Source: Treponemataceae bacterium (lineage in GTDB: Bacteria > Spirochaetota > Spirochaetia > Treponematales > Rectinemataceae). From it: 64,000 nucleotides of DNA. Shown one piece after another: positions 39,961 through 48,266 of this stretch. The position numbers and the translations under genes are program-made. Below the pieces are notes generated by a model that saw nothing but the letters and a program-made list of their open reading frames with translations, had not been told where the DNA came from and did not search any database. Position 1 is the first letter of the stretch, and every line of letters begins with the position of its first letter. The stretch is from NCBI GenBank assembly GCA_963667725.2, contig CAXXHO010000003.1:160001-224000 (forward strand), given 5' to 3'.

Positions 39961-40530
39961 TCACTTCCCGAAGCGGAAACGCCTGACTATTTCGTGGCGG
40001 GCGCCTCTAGGCGATAGCGTGGACTCCATGAGGTCGAAGGATTCGGGGATGAAGGAGAGCCGAGGGGGCGCTGGAAAGACCTCCGCGAGGAGGGAGGCGG
40101 GCAGGGCGCCCATACTCTTGAATCGGGCGAGCGTGAGATGGGCGAGCCATGGTCTTGTTTCGCATTCGGCGCCAACCTCCGCCGCCAGCCGCCTCGCCGC
40201 GGCTATGACTGGATCGAGCGCTCTCTCCGGCAGCATGGAAAAGCCGAGATGGAGGATGCGCGGTGTCCTGCCTAAGGGCAGATAGCCAAGGTTTACGGCG
40301 CTCAGGCGGGGCGCGGGGATTTTTCCGGCCAGGCCCTCCAGTCCGGAGGCCGCAGCGGCGAGTCCCTCATCGTCCATCTCCCCGAAAAAATGGAGCGTTA
40401 GGTGATAGGAGCGCTGATCGACCCATGAAGGTCGCATAACTTCATATAGCGGCTTGATCTTGATTATAAAATCGCCTAACGCTTCCTTAGCGTCGTCGCT
40501 GAAATTTATGGCGAGAAAAATCCTGTGCAT
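39961..40530 (-). CDS. thpR: RNA 2',3'-cyclic phosphodiesterase (2H phosphoesterase)
   Basis: N-terminal RIFLAI, two HxT motifs (YHLTLHF, AHLTLAR) and LMESTL. Confidence 0.9.
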   Translation of the reverse strand: MHRIFLAINFSDDAKEALGDFIIKIKPLYEVMRPSWVDQRSYHLTLHFFGEMDDEGLAAAASGLEGLAGKIPAPRLSAVNLGYLPLGRTPRILHLGFSMLPERALDPVIAAARRLAAEVGAECETRPWLAHLTLARFKSMGALPASLLAEVFPAPPRLSFIPESFDLMESTLSPRGARHEIVRRFRFGK

Positions 40531-40578
40531 GCCGCGCCTCCGCTTGCCGCGTCTTTGCCCGCCTCCGTGTCCGCGCCC

Positions 40579-41310
40579 CTAGGCCAGATAATCCGGCTTG
40601 ACGTGACTCATCGATTTGAAGATGTTCCGCTTGGCGAGGCTGGAGCCCGCTGTCAGGTTCTCGATCAGTTTTCTCGTGGTCTTGCGCGCTCCCTCATTGT
40701 TGAAGCCGCAGGTGCAGGTGTGCGACGTGAAGCCGAGCTCCCTTGCGCAGGCGATCATCTGCCGTTCCTCGCAGAGCGCCAGGGGACGGATGACCGTAAG
40801 GGGGTAGTTGTTGTATTTCATCACGGGCGGCATCGTGGCAAATTCGCCCTTCCTCATCATGTTCATGAAGAGGGTTTCGAGGATATCGTCCATGTGATGG
40901 CCGAGCGCGAGCTTGTTGAATCCATTCGCCCTGGCGTAGCGCGACAGCTCCGTGCGGCGTTGTGTGGCGCACCAGAAGCAGTTCATGGTTTCGCCGGGTT
41001 TGAGCCTGCCCGCGACGGGCACGTCGATGCGCCTGTACGGGATGTCCCATTCGGCCATCCGCGCCGCAATCCAGGAGTCGTCCGTCTTTTCGGCGAGACC
41101 CGCTTCGTTCATGTCGCTGGCGATGAAACAGGCTTCGACTTCGAAAGGTACGTCCCACCATGACCGCTTCATGGAAAGATCGCGCGCCAGACAGCTCGAG
41201 TCTTTGCCGCCCGAGACGCCGATGAGGACGCGGTCGCCGGGGCTTATCATCTCATAATGGCGCAGCGCGATCTCGATGAGTTTGGCGAGCGTGGTCTCGG
41301 CGTTTTTCAC
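40579..41310 (-). CDS. ttcA: TtcA-family PP-loop tRNA thiolation protein
   Basis: Motifs SGGKDS, CFWC, LGHHMDDILET and VIRPL; GTG start overlaps the upstream stop (GTGA). Confidence 0.8.
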   Translation of the reverse strand: MKNAETTLAKLIEIALRHYEMISPGDRVLIGVSGGKDSSCLARDLSMKRSWWDVPFEVEACFIASDMNEAGLAEKTDDSWIAARMAEWDIPYRRIDVPVAGRLKPGETMNCFWCATQRRTELSRYARANGFNKLALGHHMDDILETLFMNMMRKGEFATMPPVMKYNNYPLTVIRPLALCEERQMIACARELGFTSHTCTCGFNNEGARKTTRKLIENLTAGSSLAKRNIFKSMSHVKPDYLA

Positions 41311-42251
41311 GATCGAGAGCCTTTTTCGACCTCGTTTTTTTCGAAAGCGTAGGTAGATGAACAGTAATGGCATTGGGTCTCGAGCGGCCATGGTCCATTT
41401 TCCAGGATATCGGCGATTATTGCCTTGTCCAGGGAAACGATGTGGTTCAGGAAGCGTTCTCGGGTGCAGGGGCAGTCGAAATGGAATTCGCTCTCGGCCG
41501 TCCTCAACGCCCCGACCTCGCCGAAGATCGATGCGATGAGGTTGTCCCTCGTCCCCCCTTGAGCGAACCAGAGTCCCAGCGGCGGCAGCGACTGGAGCTT
41601 CGACTCGGCAAGGGAGAGAAATTCGTCGTCCGCGCCGGGCATGGCCTGGAGGAGGAGGGCACCGGCCCCATGGGGATGGCCTTCCTGGGTAAAATAGATG
41701 CCAGAATCGATGGCGGTCCTGGTCTGTTCCGATTCGAAGAAGTAATGGGTAAGGTCCTTGTTGATGTTGCCTGTATGGAGAGGTACGGAGCCCATGAAGG
41801 GCTTCGATTCGCCTTCGATTCTCGTTATCGAGAGGGACCCTTGGCCGAAAAGGGCGTCGGGGGAATCGACGCTCATCGCTTCCTTGGGCAGCGGGTTTAC
41901 GAAGATTCTTCCTCGCGCGTTTATCCTACCCGAAGGCATCTTCATGCCTTCGGCGCTCATGCCTTCGGCGGGGCCGGAGCCGTCGATGCGCAGCATGATG
42001 CTTCCCGGGTCCTTGAGAAGCGAGGCCATAAGGCCGGCGCAGAGCATCCCTTTCCCCAGCGTCAGCGTTTCCAGGGGGCCAAGCCCGTGGTTCGCCCTCA
42101 ACTGGCAGATGGCCCGCGTGCCATGGACGAGAACGCCTCTCATCTGGATTTCGCTTCCGCGAGGGCCCATGGAAAACCATGTGACGCCATCGGGGCTCAA
42201 GGTCGAGAGGTGAAGTTCCAGGGAAGGATCGTTGAGTGCTTTCCTTATCAT
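41307..42251 (-). CDS. hslO: Hsp33 redox-regulated chaperone
   Basis: Motifs GSGP, YFFESEQ, LLQAMPGA and the Zn switch CPC...CHYC. Confidence 0.88.
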   Translation of the reverse strand: MIRKALNDPSLELHLSTLSPDGVTWFSMGPRGSEIQMRGVLVHGTRAICQLRANHGLGPLETLTLGKGMLCAGLMASLLKDPGSIMLRIDGSGPAEGMSAEGMKMPSGRINARGRIFVNPLPKEAMSVDSPDALFGQGSLSITRIEGESKPFMGSVPLHTGNINKDLTHYFFESEQTRTAIDSGIYFTQEGHPHGAGALLLQAMPGADDEFLSLAESKLQSLPPLGLWFAQGGTRDNLIASIFGEVGALRTAESEFHFDCPCTRERFLNHIVSLDKAIIADILENGPWPLETQCHYCSSTYAFEKNEVEKGSRS

Positions 42252-42469
42252 GAGCGGAATGTACGCGCAAGGCGCCGCCCTGGTCAAGCGCGTCACGGTA
42301 TCGTCGCCGCTGGGTAATATTTTCCCGTAATGAGAAATTTCTCCAGTTTTAGGCTGATCCGTAATTAGCTTTTTCGAGCTTATATTGATCCGTTTTTCGC
42401 TAACTCATCAATTCGCTCTGTTATTTGACGATTTCTCTGGAAAATTCCCGAAAAATAATAATAATTAAA

Positions 42470-42486
42470 TTGGCATGATATTTGCA
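42470..42486 (+). promoter_or_regulatory. Sigma54 (-24/-12) promoter
   Basis: TTGGCATGATATTTGCA has GG-N10-GC spacing and lies about 35 nt upstream of the start at 42522. Confidence 0.8.
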
Positions 42487-42521
42487 TTAATAATCTACGC
42501 TATCGTTCTCAAGGAGGAATC

Positions 42522-43412
42522 ATGAGGGTGAAAAATCTGAAACTGAAGAAGGGCGCGGGGAATATCAGGCATATCGTGCAGGCCGCTTTTTTCGTGATCG
42601 TGGCGATCACGACCACGGCGTCCATCCTGAACGAAAAAGGATTGGCCATACCATTCATACCGGATGCCTCGCTCCATGCGGTATGTCCCTTCGGCGGCGT
42701 GGTTTCGTTCTGGCAGCTTTTGAATTTCGGAACGCTCGTGAAAAAGGTTCATGAGTCTTCGGTCGTCCTGGCCGTGCTCGGGCTTCTGCTCGCACTTCTT
42801 TTTGGCCCGGTTATCTGCGGTTGGGTATGCCCCTTCGGCACCTTCCAGGAATGGATGGGAAAGCTGGGAAGAAAGCTGTTCGGCAAGAAGTACAACAACT
42901 TCGTGCCGCGCCGATTGGATAAGGCGCTGCGCTATCTGCGCTACCTCGTCCTCATATGGGTCAGCTACATGACGATCATCTCCGGAAAACTCATCTTCCA
43001 GGACTACGATCCTTACTTCACTCTCTTCAATTTCTGGACGGGAGAGGTCGCGATCACCGGTTATATAGCGCTCGCGCTTGTCATCGTGCTGTCGCTCTTC
43101 GTCGAGAGACCTTTCTGCAAATATGCCTGTCCCTATGGCGCCGTCCAGGGAATCTTCAATCTGTTCAGGATTTTCGGAATTAGGCGGAACGCGCCGTCCT
43201 GCATTTCCTGCAAGAAATGCGATAAAGCTTGCCCGATGAACATCGAGGTTTCGACTTCGAAGGTCGTGAGGGATCATCAGTGCATTTCCTGCCTCGAGTG
43301 CACGAGCGACGCGGCATGCCCGGTATCGGCCACCGTCGAGATGCTCGCGTTGCCGGGAAGTGTCAAGGACAACTTCGTAAAGCCGGCAGTCAAAAACGCG
43401 GACAAGGAATAG
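42522..43412 (+). CDS. Membrane polyferredoxin (NapH/MauN-like 4Fe-4S binding protein)
   Basis: TM helices; CPFGG, CGWVCPFG and CKYACPYG motifs; two CxxCxxC ferredoxin motifs; AAGGAGG SD. Confidence 0.88.
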   Translation: MRVKNLKLKKGAGNIRHIVQAAFFVIVAITTTASILNEKGLAIPFIPDASLHAVCPFGGVVSFWQLLNFGTLVKKVHESSVVLAVLGLLLALLFGPVICGWVCPFGTFQEWMGKLGRKLFGKKYNNFVPRRLDKALRYLRYLVLIWVSYMTIISGKLIFQDYDPYFTLFNFWTGEVAITGYIALALVIVLSLFVERPFCKYACPYGAVQGIFNLFRIFGIRRNAPSCISCKKCDKACPMNIEVSTSKVVRDHQCISCLECTSDAACPVSATVEMLALPGSVKDNFVKPAVKNADKE

Positions 43413-43424
43413 GGGAGGCCGAGC

Positions 43425-44285
43425 ATGAAACTTACAATAAAATCCATGGGGATCATCGTTGTTGGCGCTTTCGTCGTGGGTATAGCCGGCGCCGCTGTCC
43501 TGGGATTCTGGAAGACGACGAGCTCCAAGCAGCCTGTCGCCATCAAGGAAGGTGAATTCGCCGGTCTTCCCAATCCTTCCGATATACGCGGTTCCTATAC
43601 CTGGGCCGATGTGGCAAAAGCCTTCAACTTTGATGTAAAGCTCGCTCTGGACGCTTTTGGCGCCACCAGCGAGACCGAAAAAGTGAACACCCTCGAAACG
43701 ATCTACGGCGAAGCGGGCTTGCCAGAGGGCGTGGAAATAGGCACCGATTCCGTGAGGCTCTTCGTGAGCCTGCTCACTGGGCTGCCCCATACGCCCGAAG
43801 AGGGGACGATACTTCCATCCTCCGCGATCGCCGTGCTCCGCGAAAACGGTAAGGCCGAAACCTCACTCATCGAAGCCGCGGCGGCGAAGGCCTACGATCC
43901 TGCGGCCGCCGCGAGCCCCGCTCCAGCGAGTCCGGCCGCCGCGAGTCCGGCGCTAAAAAGCGAATCGCCGGCGAGCGCATCCCCCGCGAGCCCAGCGCCG
44001 ACACCAGCCCCAGCGGCTTTATCGTCGACTACGACGATAGCGACAACCACGACGGTCAAGGCGGAGAGCGCGGCCGTTGAGCATGTCGCCACGCCGGGCA
44101 CCATAACGGGCAAGACGACCTTCAAGGAACTGAAGGACTGGGGTTTGGATGAGGAGAAGATCAAGACCGCCACGGGCGGGAAAATCGGTCCCGACAGCTC
44201 GGTGATCAAGGACTGGGCCGCGGCCAACGGGCTTACTTTCTCGGAGCTGAAGGTCAAGCTCCAGGAACTTTTCCCGGCCCCATGA
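43425..44285 (+). CDS. Membrane-anchored hypothetical protein with Ala/Pro/Ser/Thr-rich linker
   Basis: N-terminal TM, GGGAGG SD, follows the ferredoxin gene; related segments DIRGSYTWADV and TITGKTTFKEL. Confidence 0.75.
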   Translation: MKLTIKSMGIIVVGAFVVGIAGAAVLGFWKTTSSKQPVAIKEGEFAGLPNPSDIRGSYTWADVAKAFNFDVKLALDAFGATSETEKVNTLETIYGEAGLPEGVEIGTDSVRLFVSLLTGLPHTPEEGTILPSSAIAVLRENGKAETSLIEAAAAKAYDPAAAASPAPASPAAASPALKSESPASASPASPAPTPAPAALSSTTTIATTTTVKAESAAVEHVATPGTITGKTTFKELKDWGLDEEKIKTATGGKIGPDSSVIKDWAAANGLTFSELKVKLQELFPAP

Positions 44286-44307
44286 AGCCCTAAGTCGGGG
44301 ACTGAGC

Positions 44308-44922
44308 CTATCGTCCTATAACGGAGTTAATGAAGGTGACGAGAACGTCGAGAGCCCTCTCGTTCGCGCCACCTTCGGGTATTATGATGTCGGCGAAGGA
44401 TTTCGTGGGTTCGATGAATTCATAGTGCCCCGGGCGGACGACGGTCAGATACTGTTCGACGACAGAATCCAGGGTCCTGCCGCGTTCCTTGATGTCGCGA
44501 ATGAGCCTTCGGATGAACCTGATGTCGTCAGGCGTATCCACGAAAATCTTCAGATCGATGAGATCGCGCACCGCCTTGTTGGTGAAGATCATTATGCCTT
44601 CGAACAGGATCACCTTTTGCGGCGCCATATGCACCGTTTCCTGCGTCCGCCTATGGTGGACGAAGTCATAGGTGGGCATTTCGATGCCCTCGCCTTTCTT
44701 GAGCGCCGTCAGGTGCTCGATGAGGAGTTCGTTGTCGAAGGCGTCGGGGTGGTCGAAATTGAAAGCGGTGATGTTGGCGTTCGAAATGTATTCGGCTGAT
44801 TTGTAATAATTATCCTGAGGTATGAAAACGAAGTCGGAGACCAGTTCCGAAATTTTCCTGACGATGGTGGTCTTGCCCGAACCCGTGCCGCCGCAGATGC
44901 CTATCACTTTAGAAGCTGTCAT
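44308..44922 (-). CDS. udk: Uridine kinase
   Basis: Motifs [23 protein letters not shown] and RDIKERGR. Confidence 0.96.
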   Translation of the reverse strand: MTASKVIGICGGTGSGKTTIVRKISELVSDFVFIPQDNYYKSAEYISNANITAFNFDHPDAFDNELLIEHLTALKKGEGIEMPTYDFVHHRRTQETVHMAPQKVILFEGIMIFTNKAVRDLIDLKIFVDTPDDIRFIRRLIRDIKERGRTLDSVVEQYLTVVRPGHYEFIEPTKSFADIIIPEGGANERALDVLVTFINSVIGR

Positions 44923-45003
44923 CCGATAAGCCTAGCACGGGACGCGAAAAGCGTAAATGAGCTAAAGAAGGGAGCGAACGGAATACGGATAGTCGCCGCG
45001 GCG

Positions 45004-45051
45004 ATCGCCAGGCATCGCCAGGCGATCATTGCCAGGCGATCATTGCCAGGC
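45004..45051. repeat. Short tandem repeats overlapping the nitroreductase stop
   Basis: ATCGCCAGGC twice, then GCCAGGCGATCATT twice; four GCCAGGC cores in total. Confidence 0.7.
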
Positions 45052-45624
45052 AACGCCAAAACTGTCCATGAAGAATGTATCCCCGAGCGGCTTGCGGCTC
45101 CGCGCCGAATCTTCGCTCTTCCTCGGGCCTTCGGCCAGGAGGGCAGGATCGCCGGGCTTTCCCACAGCCATCACGCAGAGGGCGACCAGCTCAGACGGAA
45201 TCCCGAGCGCTGTCTTCATCTTGGCCGGCGCGAAGCCCGCCATCGGATGGGCGTAGAGGCCTTCCCTCTGCGCCTGAAGCTGGAGCGCCATCGCCGCCTG
45301 GCCGAGATCGAAGAAAGAATAGTCCCTCCCGCCGTCCTGCCTGCAGTCCAGGTGGGGGCCTGTCGCGAAAATAAGGAGGAGGGGAGCGGCCAGGGCCCAG
45401 GAATTGCCCGGCGTCAGCGCCTCGGCCACCGCCTTGTAGCAGTCGTTCCCTTCCCGCTTTTCCACGGCGATGATACGCCATGGCTGATTGTTGAAACATG
45501 AAGGCGCGAGGGAAGCCGCCTCAAGCAGCCTGGCAATGGTTTTCCTGTCGAGGGCTTCCCCGGAAATCGCCCTTCGCGCCCTTCGGCCCACCAGCTCAGG
45601 AAGCAGATCCATGCTTTCCTCCAT
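45040..45624 (-). CDS. Nitroreductase family protein
   Basis: Motifs RRARR, APSCFNNQPW, DLGQA and RKPL. Confidence 0.9.
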   Translation of the reverse strand: MEESMDLLPELVGRRARRAISGEALDRKTIARLLEAASLAPSCFNNQPWRIIAVEKREGNDCYKAVAEALTPGNSWALAAPLLLIFATGPHLDCRQDGGRDYSFFDLGQAAMALQLQAQREGLYAHPMAGFAPAKMKTALGIPSELVALCVMAVGKPGDPALLAEGPRKSEDSARSRKPLGDTFFMDSFGVAWQ

Positions 45625-46486
45625 TCATGAGAAATCGTTCCACTTCGTCGACCATGGAATCCGGTGTCGAGGCGCCGGCCGAAAGCCCGACTTTGTCGAA
45701 GGCGAAAATCTCGTCGGGCAGTTCCTCCGCCGTCTCTATATGCCATGCCGGCTTGCCCGATTCCAGGGCGGCCATGAAAAGGCGCTGCGTGTTGGCCGAA
45801 TTTTTCCCGCCGACGATGATGAGTGCGTCCACCTGGCCCGCGAGCTTCGCGAGGGCGTCCTGTCTTTCGCCTGTCGCGGGGCACAGGGTTTCTACCACCA
45901 GGAAGGAGGGGCTCAGGCTCTGGAACTGGGCGACGATGGCGTCATACTCGCTCTGTTTGATGGTCGTCTGGGCTATCAGGGCCACGGGGCGCGCCACCCA
46001 GGATTCGGCCAGCGCCCTGGCTTCCTGGGCGTTTTCCACGACCACCGCTCCTGGGGCGCAGCCGAGAATGCCGGCGACTTCCCCATGGGAACGGTCACCG
46101 GCTATGGCGACAGAATATCCCCGATCGATCAGTTCGCTTGCCTTTTTCTGGCTCCTGAGCACGCGAGGGCAGGTTGCGTCCATGATACGGGCTCCCAGTC
46201 GCTTGAGGTGCTCGAAGGCTTCAGGGGGAGCTCCGTGAGCCCTGATGACGACGATGGAACCGCTTGCCTTCCCGTCCAGCGATCCCGAATCGAACTGTTC
46301 CGGATCGAGCACGCTCAAGCCTGCTTTTTCAAGCTCGGCAACCGCCTGGGGATTGTGAATGAGGGGGCCATAGGTGAAAACGGGGCGGCCTTCTTTCTGT
46401 CCCTCGCCGGCAGCCTGCCTGGCCATCGCCTCGGCTCGCCGGACGCCCATGCACATCCCGAGAACACCAGCTCTTATTATTGTCAT
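45596..46486 (-). CDS. ispH: 4-hydroxy-3-methylbut-2-enyl diphosphate reductase
   Basis: Motifs GMCMGV, LIHNP, RAHG, DATCP, QTT, TLCPAT, GGKNSANT and AGASTP. Confidence 0.95.
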   Translation of the reverse strand: MTIIRAGVLGMCMGVRRAEAMARQAAGEGQKEGRPVFTYGPLIHNPQAVAELEKAGLSVLDPEQFDSGSLDGKASGSIVVIRAHGAPPEAFEHLKRLGARIMDATCPRVLRSQKKASELIDRGYSVAIAGDRSHGEVAGILGCAPGAVVVENAQEARALAESWVARPVALIAQTTIKQSEYDAIVAQFQSLSPSFLVVETLCPATGERQDALAKLAGQVDALIIVGGKNSANTQRLFMAALESGKPAWHIETAEELPDEIFAFDKVGLSAGASTPDSMVDEVERFLMNGGKHGSAS

Positions 46487-46715
46487 ATGGCGACTATACA
46501 TCAGCCTCAGCCTTTTGTCATTCCGGTTTTCGCTCGCTTACCGGGCATAAAGCATAAATATCCAATAATTATAAATAATTATATAATAAAAGAATAGGGC
46601 ATTATCCCGCTTGCCGGACGGGCAAAAAATGATATACTGGCAGGTCTGCGTAGCGCGGGCGCGGATACGCAAAATAGTTTTCCGAAGTCAGCCGCGTTTG
46701 CCGAAAGGAGAGATG

Positions 46716-47660
46716 ATGACGAACCGAAAGACTATTGTCGTGGCCATGGGCGGAAATGCCATTATCGAGGAAGGCACCGAGGGAACCATCACGCAGCAGT
46801 TCGCCAATACGAGAAAAAGCCTCGCGGCCGTAGTCGGCATGATAAGCGAAGGCCACAAGGTCGTTCTGACCCATGGCAATGGCCCGCAGGCCGGCGTCCA
46901 TCTCATCCGCAACGAAGCGGCGAGCGCTCAGGTGCCGCCATCCCCCCTCGGCGTCATCGTCGCCGACACGCAGGGGTCGATGGGCTACATGATAGCCCAG
47001 AGCCTTCAGAACGCCCTGCTCAAGCACGGCGTCAACAAACAGGTAGTGACGATCATCACGCAGGTCGAAGTCGATCCGAAAGACCCCTCCATGCTGAATC
47101 CGACCAAGTATGTCGGGCCTTTCTACAGGGCTGACCAGGTCGAGAAGCTCCGCGAGCGAGGCTGGCAGATCAAGGAAGATCCGGGCCGCGGCTTTCGCAG
47201 GGTCGTTCCCAGCCCCATCCCGCTCGATGTCGTCGAGAAAGATACGATCAAGGACCTCGTCGATGACGGGAAGATCGTCATCGCCGTGGGCGGGGGCGGC
47301 GTGCCCGTCTATCGCGAGCCCGACGGCAGCCTGGAAGGCGTCGATGCCGTCATCGACAAGGACAGGGCGTCCTCACTGTTAGCGAACCTGATCAACGCCG
47401 ACGAACTCATCATCCTGACCGGGGTCGACAAGGTTGCCATCAATTTCAAGAAGCCCAACCAGCGGTTTTTCGACCATATGACCGTCGCCGAATGCGAGGG
47501 CTATCTGGCCGAGGGACAGTTTCCCAAGGGCTCGATGGGCCCTAAAATCGAGGCCGCCTGCGATTTCATCAAGAGGGGCGGGGCGCGCGTCATCATCACG
47601 TCCATGGAGAACGCCAGCCTTGCCGTGGACGGTAAGGCCGGCACTGTCATAACGGCCTGA
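46716..47660 (+). CDS. arcC: Carbamate kinase
   Basis: Motifs AMGGNA, THGNGPQ, RRVVPSP, AVIDKD and GSMGPK; AAGGAG SD; upstream TTGCCG-N16-TATACT. Confidence 0.95.
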   Translation: MTNRKTIVVAMGGNAIIEEGTEGTITQQFANTRKSLAAVVGMISEGHKVVLTHGNGPQAGVHLIRNEAASAQVPPSPLGVIVADTQGSMGYMIAQSLQNALLKHGVNKQVVTIITQVEVDPKDPSMLNPTKYVGPFYRADQVEKLRERGWQIKEDPGRGFRRVVPSPIPLDVVEKDTIKDLVDDGKIVIAVGGGGVPVYREPDGSLEGVDAVIDKDRASSLLANLINADELIILTGVDKVAINFKKPNQRFFDHMTVAECEGYLAEGQFPKGSMGPKIEAACDFIKRGGARVIITSMENASLAVDGKAGTVITA

Positions 47661-47756
47661 GCCTGTCCTTCCCGCGTTCCGCATCGCAATGTTTAGCTTG
47701 ACGAGTCTCTTGTATCCGTGGTACTTTTTTTCGAATCTTTACACAAAGGATTGCAT

Positions 47757-48146
47757 ATGAATGCTATTTCCAAAGGCTTAGTCCTTCTTCAAGCTGCGGC
47801 TGCCAACCCCACCGGACAGATGGTTTCGACCCTCGTAACCTTCGGTCTCGTCTTCGTCGTCTTCTACTTCCTCATCATCCGCCCGCAGAACAAGAAGCAG
47901 AAAGAGATGAAGAACATGATCGCCGGCGTCAAGAAAGGCGACAAGATCGTGACCATCGGCGGCATCCATGGCACGGTTCACGCCGTCAAGGAAGGCACCG
48001 TTGTCGTCAAAGTCGACGATGACTGCAAGATCGAGTTCTCCAAGTCCGCGGTCGCCACGGTCTCCGTTGCCAAGACCGAGGAAAAACCCGTAGAAGTCCC
48101 CGCACAGACCGAAAAAGCTGAAAAAGCCGAAGAAGAAAAGAAATAG
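47757..48146 (+). CDS. yajC: Preprotein translocase subunit YajC
   Basis: Motifs FYFLIIRPQ.K and KGDKIVTIGGIHG; directly upstream of secD. Confidence 0.95.
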   Translation: MNAISKGLVLLQAAAANPTGQMVSTLVTFGLVFVVFYFLIIRPQNKKQKEMKNMIAGVKKGDKIVTIGGIHGTVHAVKEGTVVVKVDDDCKIEFSKSAVATVSVAKTEEKPVEVPAQTEKAEKAEEEKK

Positions 48147-48266
48147 TATCGAAGGCTTGACCTCCTCCTCACGGGAGCACTCTGATCTTCATCTCCACGC
48201 CGCGTTTCGGCGTCAGAGGTCGGGGTCTGGCCATGTCAATGCGATATACAATGTGGAGTTATCGGA

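Noticed and set aside
45004..45051. Repeats as a mini CRISPR array
   Set aside because: The units are 10-14 bp, directly abutting, with no spacers and no cas genes.
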